This document shows positions 51,335 through 61,351 of a stretch of DNA of 64,000 nucleotides, in pieces. The notes under the pieces are model-generated. The model was not told the origin of the DNA. It did no database searches and saw only the letters and a list, made by a program, of their open reading frames with translations. This DNA comes from an uncultured Planctomycetota bacterium (GTDB taxonomy: Bacteria > Planctomycetota > Planctomycetia > Isosphaerales > Isosphaeraceae): NCBI GenBank assembly GCA_963823665.1, contig CAWGMQ010000005.1, positions 960,001 to 1,024,000 of the forward strand. The letters run 5' to 3'. Both the position numbers and the translations under genes were made by a program. Position 1 is the stretch's first letter. Each line of letters starts with the position of its first letter.

Positions 51335-53636
51335 TCACGGCTGGACGCGCAAACTCGCGAGGTATTTCCTGGCCTCCTCGTCGCCCTGGGCGGACGCTTT
51401 GCGGAACCATGCGACTGCCTGGTCGTGATTCGCCGGAACACCCCAGCCATGCTCATACATCACGCCCAGTGCATGCTGACCGAGGGCTGAGTTCTGGTCG
51501 GCTGCGAGACGGAACCACCCCAGGGCCGTTGCGTAGTCTCGCTGGACGCCGTTGCCTTCGACACACATGTAGCCCAGGTTGACCTGGCCGAGGGCCGAGT
51601 GCTTCTTGGCGGCTTCGTGATAGCACTTGACCGCTTCGCTATAGTCTTGGGCCGCGCCTTGACCGGTTTCGAACATTTCACCCAAGGTCGCGAGCGCGTC
51701 AATTTCGCCTTCCGCGGCGGCTTCGCGGAGCAATTTCACTGCCTCCCCGGGTTTCGGCTCGGCAACAACGCCGTCTGCATACATGATCGCTAGATTGTGC
51801 TTTGCGGCTGGCTCGCCACGTTCGGCCGCCAAGCGGTAGCAACTGACCGCTTTTGCGAGATCGCGATTGATTCCGCTGCCGTTCTGGTAGGCCCAGCCGA
51901 GATTATGGAGTCCCTGGGCGTTCCCACGGTCGGCCGCCTTGAGATACCACTTGACAGCCTGGGCGTCGTTTTCCTTGACTCCGGTGCCGGCGGCATACAA
52001 GTTTCCGAGCGCCACCTGGGCTGGAGCGTAGCCCTTGGCGGCCGCCAATTTGTACCAGCGGAAGGCCAGCGACGCGTTGCGCAACGCCTTGCCCGTCGAG
52101 ATAGGAGTCGCCGAGGTTGGTCTGGCCCTCGGTGTCACCTTGTACGGCAGCTTTGTAATACCAGGCGACCGCTTGCGCCTCGTCTCTGGCAACACCGCGG
52201 CCTTCGTGATAGACGTCGCCGAGCTCGACCTGGGCCCACGCTTCGCCCTTTTGAGCGAGGGCGGGCAGCTTGGGATCAGTTTCGGAGTCGGGTGGTGTCG
52301 CGACGACTCTCACACGCGCCTGCCTGCGCTCGTTTCCACGGAGGAAGACAACGCGCATCTGCTCGCCCGGCGCCTTCCCGGCCAGGCAGCGGTCATAATC
52401 CCTCAGGTTCGCGACCGGTTTGCCGCCGATCTTGGTGATGATGTCCGCTTGTTTCAGTCCGGCCCGGTCGGCGGGCTCGCCCGGCCAGAGGCCGACGATC
52501 CGGACGCCCAGAGGGCGGATCAGCCCTTGCGAATCCGGCTTGCTGGCGAATTCGTCTTCGAGGCTGATTCCCATCCAAACTGGGCCTGGCGCTGCGGTTC
52601 CAGCCGCGACTGCCGCAGGCGGTGATTTGGCGGCGCCGGGGCGCGTATCCTTGACAACGAGGTTGTCAAAGTACGCGGCCCCCGGCGCGGTCGACATCGA
52701 CACGATACAGAGACCCAGGGCACCCGGCCCTGAAACTGTGTCATCATCGAATTCGCATGCGAGGCTTTTATTGAGGAACACGCGGATATGCGCACCCAAG
52801 ACTGCGATGCGCAGTTGATTGGCACGTTCGGGGATGAAAGACCCGGCCTTGAGCGGTGTCTCCTTGGCCGCGGCCCATTGCCCGGCGTGCCAGCAGTTGA
52901 GTGCGATGGTCTGCCGGCTGGGCTGGACGAGCAGCATGTCGTAGTCGGCCTTGCCGTCGAGCGCGGGGGTGCCGCGGAAGACGAGTCCGTAACCGCTATC
53001 ATCCGTAACGGTCGGGATGCGGAGAGAGAACTCGGCGATGAAGTCCTTGACTGGCTCGGGATAAACGGCAGACAGGACCCCCGTCGTGGCCCCGGTCAAG
53101 ACCCCTTCACCATTCAAGTTGGTAAAGGACATCGAGGCCGGGCCGACTTGTGGCACGGCGCGCGCCGTGGGCCCCTCGAAGTCGTCTCTCAAGATCGGCG
53201 GCGCGGCAGCGCCGGGTTTAGGCGTGGAAGCGCCGGAGGGAGTGCGCGCGGCGGAGGGGCTGGCAGTCGCGCGCGGAGGGCTCGCAGAGATGATTCGCGC
53301 GCGCTGTCCGGGGGTCACGGTCGCGGTGGCTCGATCGACGGCGGCCCACACGGTTGTTCCCGTGAATCGGGAGACTCGCCCCGTGGCGACGGAGGCTTCC
53401 TCCTGGACTTCGGGCAAGACCTGGTAAAACACGACGCGATCGCCAGGCGCCGGGGTGCCCGGCGCCTCGATCAGGATCTTCGCCGCATTGCCGCTCACTG
53501 ACTGGACCGTTCCCCTGATTTCGCCCGCGGCGACCCGCCGCCACGGAGCCCACGCGGCACACACGGCGAAGGCCAGGACCAAGAGCCTACGACGACGGCG
53601 AGGGGGGCGAGCGGCATTCGCGTTATATCCGAACAT
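51335..53636 (-). CDS. Exported multidomain protein: beta-sandwich (LamG/DUF1080-like) + PDZ + Sel1 repeats; frameshift near 52080
   Basis: GAGGT RBS, signal peptide, WMGISL...GEPADRAGLKQADIITKIGG (PDZ). Sel1 repeats (AQVELG..Y..GRGV..D...A..WY.KAA.QG) continue in ORF 51335-52195. Confidence 0.85.
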
Positions 53637-53708
53637 AGTTGCACCTCATCAAGTAATTGGATTGCTTTCAGGGCCACGCTGGAACGAGACGAAGACACGT
53701 GTGATCGG

Positions 53709-56700
53709 TTAGCTGCGGAGTGTGTTTGACACGCGCGCCGCGCCATCGGGACAGTCGCCGGCATCTCCGCCGCCGCCGGAGTCGTATCCACCATCGTCCT
53801 GCCCGCCGCCGGGACAATTCCCGGTGTCGCCGGTCATGCCGGCCGGGCAGTCGTCGTCGTTACCAAACATGCCAGGCGGGCAGTCGTCGTCGTTACCAGA
53901 CATGCCAGGCGGGCAGTCGTCGTCGTCGTTACCAGACATGCCAGGCGGGCAGTCGTCGTCGTCGTTACCAGACATGCCAGGCGGGCAGTCGTCGTCGTCG
54001 TTACCAGACATGCCAGGTGGGCAGTCGTCGTCGTCGTTACCAGACATGCCAGGTGGGCAGTCGTCGTCGTCGTTACCAGACATGCCAGGCGGGCAGTCGT
54101 CGTCGTCGTTACCAGACATGCCAGGTGGGCAGTCGTCGTCGTCGTTACCAGACATGCCAGGCGGGCAGTCGTCGTCGTTACCAGACATGCCAGGCGGGCA
54201 GTCGTCGTCGTCGCTACCAGACATGCCAGGCGGGCAGTCGTCGTCGTCGCTACCAGACATGCCAGGCGGGCAGTCGTCGTCGCTACCAGACATGCCAGGC
54301 GGGCAGTCGTCGTCGTCTCTACCAGACATGCCAGGCGGGCAGTCGTCGTCGTCGCTACCAGACATGCCAGGCGGGCAGTCGTCGTCGTTACCAGACATGC
54401 CAGGCGGGCAGTCGTCGTCGTTACCAGGCATGCCAGGCGGGCACTCGTCCTTACCGGGCATGGTAACGGACGACGGATTGCGGTTGAAGTACCGCTCACG
54501 TATGCCGGACGGGGAGGCATCATTCGGGCAGTCCGGGCAGTCGCCGTTACCGGGCATGGTAGCTGGGGCGTAGCTCGGCGGAGGAGCGGGCGTGTCAGTT
54601 GGGGCCATTCCTGGAACACTTGCCACGGTACCCAGGGGAATCTCTGACCCACTCGTCTCGATACCCGGAAGAGTTCCTGCATGAGTGGGCGTGGTCCGAC
54701 CCGGGCCGACGGGCGGACGTGGACTATTTTCAGAAGAACCGCCCGAACGGACGGTCCCCCCTACATGGCGTGTAACCCCGCCGGAACCCGGAAGACGGCG
54801 CCGCTGCGCTTGTTGGCCATCCGAACGGCCGGGCTGCGCTGACCGGGTGTAGACCGGTCGTTTGATGTCGACGGCCACGTCGCGCCTCAGGTTCCGCCAT
54901 GCTGACTCGGCGCTGGAGGGAGGGTGGGTTAACTTGGGCGGCGGGGATGACGGACGGGTCCGAGGATCCGGCGTCAATACTGGAGTTCCGTCGGTGGTGG
55001 TGCTGGCCGGTTGACTGGCTGTAGGTCCCGTAACGCGTTCAGGCGGCAAGTAAATCGGCCCTCCCGCGGTTGGTAGATGTTGCAGGAATTCGAGTATCCA
55101 GCCGCCCGCGTAAGAACCGAGCAGCGATCCAAGTAGGCCGCCCACCGGACCCAAGAGGGCAGTGCCGATAATGCTCCCTCCTATCCCGCCCCCCCATCCG
55201 GCGAGCTCCTCTTTTAAGGTTTGCCCAGGATTTGGGGACATGATGATGCGCCTGAGTGACATCACGATTGCGGCTGTCAAGGCGGCCTTGCCAAGAGTCC
55301 GGAGAGCAGGTCCGAATCGTGGTCCGGGAAGCGGCGGCGGGACGCTCGCCGGCGACAGGCCCATTGCATTGCGCAGAGCCGCGCCGACGCCTCCGCGTTG
55401 GGTCCCCTTCATCTGCTCGAGGCGAGCAATCATTTCTTCAAGGCGCTTGATTATGGCCTCGGTGTACTGCGGGCGGTGGGTAGGTACCTGCGGTAAAGTT
55501 ATGCGTACGTTCTGAAATTCCAGCAAGGTCTTGTAAGTATCGAGCTGTTGCTTGATGCCGCTCAGCACTTTTTCGATGGACCTGCCACCGGTCTCTATCT
55601 CTTGTACGACGGCTTCCGCGTAGGTCGTGCCCAGTTCCTCCGGTGTGGGTACGGGCAAATTGGAGTACCGGCCGATACCCGGAGTCGGCTCGGAAGCTCC
55701 AGGCACCGGCGTGCCGGGCTTGGTCGGTATGTTTTCCTGCGGAGGGATTACGCGCGCTCCGGGAGCCGCAGCGGGCGGCCCAGCGCCCCCTAGAAAACCG
55801 CTCGATGGCGGGCTAGACGGATACTGGGGGGAAGACGACGGCGGCGGCCCAGAGCCTGCGGGCACGTTCACGCCCGGAACAGAGGGCGTGATACCGGAGT
55901 TGGAAGGCTCGACGGACTCGAGCCCCATCCCGTCCACGTATCGAATCGGGTTATTGCGAGCGTACGCATAGGCATTCAATGCGAGTGCGTCGGCCCCGCG
56001 GGCGGGCGCAGGGTCCTTCGTCAGAAAGCGGCCCAAGGCCGGGTCGTAGTACCGGGCGCGGTAGTAATAGAGTCCGGTCGCCTGGTCGAGCTCGCGGGCC
56101 GTGAACTGGAACGGGCTCCGCTGCGTGCCCTGTTGCGCCACCATCTGACCGAACGAATCATATTCGTACGACGCGGCCAACGCGCCGCTCGCGTCAGTCA
56201 GCCGACGGATCGTGCCGACCCAATCGGAATGGAAGTAGTAGCTGCCGCCGTCGCGATCCATCATCAAGGGCCGGTCGATACCCGCGCCGTGCAAGTAGGA
56301 CGCCTGCGGTTTGAGGTCCTTGTCAAGCTCGGCCAGCAGATTCAAGCCATCGCTCACGAAGTATGTCAGTCCCTTCGCGTCGCGACGCCAGATTCTCTGG
56401 CCGGTGGCCGCATAGCCGTAGGTGACCTCTTCACCGGAGGACAGCACGACCTTCGTGAGCCGGTTCTCGACGTCGTGCACGAAGCGCGTCACGCCACGCG
56501 GGCCCCGGCGCTCGAGTAAGTTGCCATTGGAGTCGTAGGCAAACGTCTCGTCGCCCGACTCAACGAGACGACCGGCTTCGTCATAACGGGAACGGATCGT
56601 CTGGCCCGCGTGTTCCTTTGACCCGCGATTGCCGCCCGGAAGATAGCCGTACTTGACTGTATCGTTCCCGCCGGCATTCTCCTCGATCAACTGGCGCGCT

Positions 56701-59700
56701 GGGTCGTAGAGGAAGCGAAGAGTCCGGTTTTCCGCATCGACGATCTGGACCCGGTTGCCCGCGGCGTCGTTGGTGAACGACCAGCTCCCAATGGTCTTGC
56801 CCCCTTCTCCGGTGTACTTCATCCCGAGCGGCCGGTCGTCCGCGTCGTACTGCCAGGTCCCAAGAACACCGTTGGGGTACTGAATCGAGCTCAACCGGCT
56901 CTTGGGGTCGTACGTGAAGCGGAACGCCTGGCTGTCGTTCAATTTGATGACGACGAGCCGATCGGCGGAGTCGTATTCGTAGTCGACGGCACGGCCCAGC
57001 GAATCGGTGAACCGGGACCGCAAGCCCGCCGCGTTGTAGGCATAGCTCAGGCTTTGCTTGATCGCCGGGTATTCGATGCGCACGACGCGGTCGTGGTCGT
57101 CGGACGTGTAGCGAATCGGGAAGGCGCCGTCGTCCACGCTGCTCAAGTTGCCCCGGTCGTCGTATTCATAGGCGACCACCTTGCCGTCGGCAAGCTGCTT
57201 CTTCCGCAGCCGGCCGGCCTGGTCGTACGTGAACGTCGTGGTCTGGCCCTTGGCGTCGGTCTCGCTCATGAGCCGGCCGGCGGAATCGTACGACGAGCGG
57301 GTCTTTTGCCCGAGCGGGTTTGTCGAGCCCACCGGTGCGCCAAGGGCGTTGTAGTCGTACGTGGTGCGGCCGGCACCCGGACGGCTGACCGAGGCCAGCA
57401 TACCCGCCCGGTCATAGTCAAACCTGGCCGTGTCGCCGTTCGGCTCGACCACTTCGGTCACCTCGCCCGCCGCATTCCAGGCACGCCGTTTCACGTCACC
57501 GAGCGGACCGGTTGTCTCCAGCAGGTTCCCCACCGGGTCGTACTTGTACCTGGTTGTCGCTCCCGCTGAATTGTGCGTGGCGATCATCCGGCCGACCGCG
57601 TCGTACTCGAACTGACCACGGCCGCCAAGATTATCCTGCCAGGCGACCAGGTGTCCCTCCGCGTCGTAGCGGTACGTGAGCTCCAAGCCCGTGCTTCGCT
57701 TCTCCTTCGCGCAGCGCCTGAGCACGTCGTATTCGTACGTGACGACCGTATCATTCCCGCGGCGGATGCGCGTGAGGCTTCCCGCGCTGTCGTAATTATA
57801 TTCGAGGGCAGCTCCTTCCGGCGGAATGACCCTGGCGAGCAGCCCTGAAGCGGTGTACTCGTAACGCGTGATCTTCTTGCCGTCGTCGGTTGTGGAGGTC
57901 ACTCGACCCTGGCTGTCGTAGGTGCACTGTCGCTTGCGACCGTCGGTGTCCGTCAAACTCACCGGCAATCCGACCGCCGAGTATGCGACGCGGGCGGCTG
58001 TGCCGGTGGGACCGGCCACCCTCGTCATGTGGCCCAAGGCGTCGTAATCGATCGTGGAAGCGCCGCCTTCGGGATTGACCGTCCGCACCATCTGGCCGGC
58101 CAGGTCATAATCAAACTGGTAGGCTTGGGCCAACGCATTCTCGAGGCGCGTCAGTTGGCCAGCCGCGTCGTAGCTGAGATACGTCGCCCGGCCTGCCGGA
58201 CCTTGTTCGGACACCAGTCGACCCTGCACGTCGAAGGTGTAGCGGGACACATTCTTCCTGGCGTCGGTGATCGTGATGACCTGGCCGGAACCGCTGTTGG
58301 CGTACTCGTAGTTCGTCGTGGCGCCGGACGCATCGGTCAAGCTGGTCAATCGGTTGTGCTCGTCGTAGACCCGCGTAGCGATTCCGCCGCGAGCATCGAT
58401 CTGCCTGATCACATTGCCGAACGCGTCATACTCGGACCGCGAAACGTTGCCCGCGCCATCGGTGACGCTATTGCGACGGCCCGCGGCATCGTAGGTAAAC
58501 GTATGCCGCTCGCCATCGCCTCGTTGCACGGCCTCGACGAACCCTCGCGAATCGTAAGTGAGCGTGAGATCGAGCGCGTGGTTCTGGGAGACGGTCAGGT
58601 GCAGCAGATTGAGGTGCTCGTCGTACTCGAACGAGCACCAGTCACCGCTGGCCTCGACGATGGCCCGGGGCATCCCGCTGTTGCCGAGGTATTGAAGGCG
58701 AGTCAATCCGGTGATCGGATTCTCAACGCTGCTGGTCCGGCCCAGGGCGTCGTAGGTGTAGCGGGCCTTCAGTCCGGTCGGACCGGCGATGACGAGCGGA
58801 CGCCCCGCCTCGTTGTTCTGGATGATGATCTTGCCACCTGAGGCATCGTGCAGCTCGACGCGGCGATAGTCCGGGCTCCAGGTCGTGGTCGTGACCCTTC
58901 CCAGCGGGTCGATATGGCGCCGGCTGTTATTGGCGTCGTCGTGCTCGAATCGCTCGACGGAGCCGTCGGAAAACCGGCGGCTTGTGACTCGGGACCTGGC
59001 GTCGTAGGTGATCCACAGCTCACCCTGCTGGGGGCGCCGCATTCGCACGAGCGCGCCGGAGGCATCATAGCCGTAGTCGACGCACCACTCGTCCGCGGAG
59101 CGATCCGGGGACGGCGGCTGCGGTCCGTATAAATACTCGACTCGGTCTCCCGAGGAGCTTTCGGCTCTGGTCAAGCTGCCGGTGGAGTCGACCGTGAACC
59201 GCACGAAACTCTGGTCTGGTCCATCAATTCGCGACAGTACGCCGCGCGAATCGTAGTTGAGCGCGATCCGGTTGTTGTTGGGCTCGAGCCGCTCGATCAA
59301 CCTTCCCCGGCGATCAAAGATCTCCCGGCGGCCATCGGGCATGACCCGAACCGATCGATTGGCTTCGAACACGACGTACTCGCCCGACGCGGCGACGTAC
59401 TGCTCGGTCGACTCATCCAGGGTGAAGTAGACGGTCTGATCTGCCTCGCGAATGAAAGCTCGCCGGCCCGATTGCGACAGGGTCGATTCCCAGTTGAGCT
59501 TCCAGCGGGTGCCGAGCATGCCTGGCTTTCCCGCTTCGAGCTGAAGCGTACGCCGGAGTTCCAACTTCACACGCCCGGCCGGCACGACCAGGTCCGTCGC
59601 CGTGACGAGGAGTCGCGCCGAGCGGGGATCGATGGTCTCGTCGTGCCGGACCAGGGCGCGGGCAGGCCGGACGCGTGAAAGCTGGCCAAGCATGCTCGGC

Positions 59701-60308
59701 TTGGCCTGGCCCGCGGCCGCGCCGGGACGGGTGGAAATCGTGACCTTCACCGCGGCGCCGCGACGAACCGGTGCGCCAGACTTCGGCTCCTGGGCGTAAA
59801 CCGTGAGCGCATCGGTGCCGGGCCCGGCTTCGGTACCGAGCTGGAATTTCGGCACCAACCCGGCGGCAACCAACGCCGCTTTCGCTTGCTCCGAGCTTTT
59901 CCCCATGAGCGACGGCACCCGAACGGGTGAGCCGCCCTTGGGCCCCGCCGCTGTGCGAACGACGGGAGTGTTGCGCCCGGATTCAGCCGGCCGGGGCACC
60001 CGGGCATGGACAGTGGCCGTTACCGCGGTGCCTCGGGCAGCGCCCGAGCCCGCCGGGGGGTCTTGCTCATAAACCTTCAGCGCGTTTTCAGGTGACGGCG
60101 CCTGCTGTCCTATCTGGAACCGGACCACCAGCCCTGCTGACTGGAGCGCCGACTTCGCATCCTTCGGCGACAGACCGACGACCGACGGGACAACGCCGGA
60201 GCCGGCCGGCACGTCTTGCCCGCTCGCGGCAACGGCCGCACTCAACCCCGCGACGACCGCCGAAAGCAACAGGCCCCGGACCCACGCGATGCGACCGATG
60301 CAAACCAT
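53709..60308 (-). CDS. RHS/YD-repeat protein with signal peptide, two N-terminal PASTA domains and a long C-terminal extension
   Basis: AAGGAG RBS before ATG 60308; signal peptide; VPSVVGLS...QDPPAG and VPSLMGKS...QEPKSG (PASTA); DUF6531-like segment (LGTRWKLNWES); many YD repeats; core YYYRARYYDPALGRFLTKDP...NNPIRYVDGMGL. Confidence 0.93.
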   Translation of the reverse strand: MVCIGRIAWVRGLLLSAVVAGLSAAVAASGQDVPAGSGVVPSVVGLSPKDAKSALQSAGLVVRFQIGQQAPSPENALKVYEQDPPAGSGAARGTAVTATVHARVPRPAESGRNTPVVRTAAGPKGGSPVRVPSLMGKSSEQAKAALVAAGLVPKFQLGTEAGPGTDALTVYAQEPKSGAPVRRGAAVKVTISTRPGAAAGQAKPSMLGQLSRVRPARALVRHDETIDPRSARLLVTATDLVVPAGRVKLELRRTLQLEAGKPGMLGTRWKLNWESTLSQSGRRAFIREADQTVYFTLDESTEQYVAASGEYVVFEANRSVRVMPDGRREIFDRRGRLIERLEPNNNRIALNYDSRGVLSRIDGPDQSFVRFTVDSTGSLTRAESSSGDRVEYLYGPQPPSPDRSADEWCVDYGYDASGALVRMRRPQQGELWITYDARSRVTSRRFSDGSVERFEHDDANNSRRHIDPLGRVTTTTWSPDYRRVELHDASGGKIIIQNNEAGRPLVIAGPTGLKARYTYDALGRTSSVENPITGLTRLQYLGNSGMPRAIVEASGDWCSFEYDEHLNLLHLTVSQNHALDLTLTYDSRGFVEAVQRGDGERHTFTYDAAGRRNSVTDGAGNVSRSEYDAFGNVIRQIDARGGIATRVYDEHNRLTSLTDASGATTNYEYANSGSGQVITITDARKNVSRYTFDVQGRLVSEQGPAGRATYLSYDAAGQLTRLENALAQAYQFDYDLAGQMVRTVNPEGGASTIDYDALGHMTRVAGPTGTAARVAYSAVGLPVSLTDTDGRKRQCTYDSQGRVTSTTDDGKKITRYEYTASGLLARVIPPEGAALEYNYDSAGSLTRIRRGNDTVVTYEYDVLRRCAKEKRSTGLELTYRYDAEGHLVAWQDNLGGRGQFEYDAVGRMIATHNSAGATTRYKYDPVGNLLETTGPLGDVKRRAWNAAGEVTEVVEPNGDTARFDYDRAGMLASVSRPGAGRTTYDYNALGAPVGSTNPLGQKTRSSYDSAGRLMSETDAKGQTTTFTYDQAGRLRKKQLADGKVVAYEYDDRGNLSSVDDGAFPIRYTSDDHDRVVRIEYPAIKQSLSYAYNAAGLRSRFTDSLGRAVDYEYDSADRLVVIKLNDSQAFRFTYDPKSRLSSIQYPNGVLGTWQYDADDRPLGMKYTGEGGKTIGSWSFTNDAAGNRVQIVDAENRTLRFLYDPARQLIEENAGGNDTVKYGYLPGGNRGSKEHAGQTIRSRYDEAGRLVESGDETFAYDSNGNLLERRGPRGVTRFVHDVENRLTKVVLSSGEEVTYGYAATGQRIWRRDAKGLTYFVSDGLNLLAELDKDLKPQASYLHGAGIDRPLMMDRDGGSYYFHSDWVGTIRRLTDASGALAASYEYDSFGQMVAQQGTQRSPFQFTARELDQATGLYYYRARYYDPALGRFLTKDPAPARGADALALNAYAYARNNPIRYVDGMGLESVEPSNSGITPSVPGVNVPAGSGPPPSSSPQYPSSPPSSGFLGGAGPPAAAPGARVIPPQENIPTKPGTPVPGASEPTPGIGRYSNLPVPTPEELGTTYAEAVVQEIETGGRSIEKVLSGIKQQLDTYKTLLEFQNVRITLPQVPTHRPQYTEAIIKRLEEMIARLEQMKGTQRGGVGAALRNAMGLSPASVPPPLPGPRFGPALRTLGKAALTAAIVMSLRRIIMSPNPGQTLKEELAGWGGGIGGSIIGTALLGPVGGLLGSLLGSYAGGWILEFLQHLPTAGGPIYLPPERVTGPTASQPASTTTDGTPVLTPDPRTRPSSPPPKLTHPPSSAESAWRNLRRDVAVDIKRPVYTRSAQPGRSDGQQAQRRRLPGSGGVTRHVGGTVRSGGSSENSPRPPVGPGRTTPTHAGTLPGIETSGSEIPLGTVASVPGMAPTDTPAPPPSYAPATMPGNGDCPDCPNDASPSGIRERYFNRNPSSVTMPGKDECPPGMPGNDDDCPPGMSGNDDDCPPGMSGSDDDDCPPGMSGRDDDDCPPGMSGSDDDCPPGMSGSDDDDCPPGMSGSDDDDCPPGMSGNDDDCPPGMSGNDDDDCPPGMSGNDDDDCPPGMSGNDDDDCPPGMSGNDDDDCPPGMSGNDDDDCPPGMSGNDDDDCPPGMSGNDDDDCPPGMSGNDDDCPPGMFGNDDDCPAGMTGDTGNCPGGGQDDGGYDSGGGGDAGDCPDGAARVSNTLRS
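53830..54460 (-). repeat. Coding tandem repeat, ~18 units of 33/36 bp encoding D(3-4)CPPGMSG(N/S)
   Basis: The + strand unit gggcagtcgtcgtc(gtc)g(t/c)taccagacatgccagg(c/t) is repeated contiguously; units differ mainly in GAC copy number. Confidence 0.97.
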
Positions 60309-60708
60309 GTTCTTGCTCCTTAATCGACACGGCGGTTTAGCCTTATGGCGGAAACGGTGGTCCGTCGAGCCTGACAAACCGAGCGCCCGACACCCCGAAC
60401 GCCTGAGACTGAACCGGCTGTTCTACCGGTCTATCGCGGAATGCCGGCACACCGGACGGACAACCGGCAGAACTCTCGGATGATTGCCGCATTCAGACCG
60501 GTGGTCGGATCAGGGTGCTCATGGCAGATGCACTATCTAAAGCGGTAAGCCCTCGAGATTTCCGGTGATTCGGCTCAACCCGGCAGCTCGGCCTGCCGAA
60601 AGAACGAATGGAACCGTTATGTCCGGGAGCGGTGCCGGACCGACGCGGTGGTGGAAAAACGCAGCACGCAACCGGCGACCGACCGCTGAGCACAAAGAAC
60701 TGACAACC

Positions 60709-61212
60709 ATGGCAAAGACACACACATCCGCCGCAAATCCCGCAGTGGCCAATGCGATCCTGGTCGGAGCCGCTTTGATCTGGGGCGGTGTTCTGCTCTT
60801 TCATCGAGGCCGGCTGACGTGGCCGCCGTACGAGCTGCTGGCCAGTCTTTCCACACTGGCGGGGTGCCTGGCGCTCGTCGGGCCGGTGATTCTGGCACGC
60901 TCGGGCGAGGTTGAGGGGAGCCTGGGAGAGCTGATGTGGCTGGTCGCGGGCTTGCTGGTCTGGATCTTCGACGTCGAAGGGGTGTTGCAAGGGCGGTGGC
61001 GGACGATGCACTGGGCAACGCCGCTCACGGATCGGGCGATGGGGCTGACGATGCTCGCGGTGCTGGTGGCGGGCTGGAAGTGCGGCCTGGCAGACAGAAA
61101 CTGGTCGTGGACGAACGTGACCGGCTGGCTTCTGAGCGCGTTCTGGGTCGGCATGGCGTTCGGCTCGTGGTTTCTCAGTCCGGTGTCGCGGGCCAGTCTC
61201 GCCGTGCGGTGA
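60709..61212 (+). CDS. Hypothetical multi-pass membrane protein
   Basis: About five hydrophobic segments; ATG at 60709. Confidence 0.75.
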   Translation: MAKTHTSAANPAVANAILVGAALIWGGVLLFHRGRLTWPPYELLASLSTLAGCLALVGPVILARSGEVEGSLGELMWLVAGLLVWIFDVEGVLQGRWRTMHWATPLTDRAMGLTMLAVLVAGWKCGLADRNWSWTNVTGWLLSAFWVGMAFGSWFLSPVSRASLAVR

Positions 61213-61351
61213 TCCTTGACGGCTCGGGCGGTGATCTGTAGCTTCGAAGGATACGTACCGGGCCCTGCCCGGTTCGCCGATCGAAACGCAATCGTCAATC
61301 CGTTATTCGCAATCATCCCGGCCGACACCGCGCGGCGGGAGGAGTACATCA

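Noticed and set aside
53830..54460. 33/36-bp repeat array as a possible CRISPR
   Set aside because: Units are contiguous with no unique spacers, lengths are multiples of three, the array lies in frame in the RHS gene, and there are no cas genes in the window.
53720..54682. Alternative-frame repetitive ORFs over the repeat array (RRRYQTCQAGS, GQSSSLPDMPG, TTTTARLACLV)
   Set aside because: They are open only because the repeat unit has no stop codon in those frames; the Asp/Cys frame is continuous with the RHS gene.
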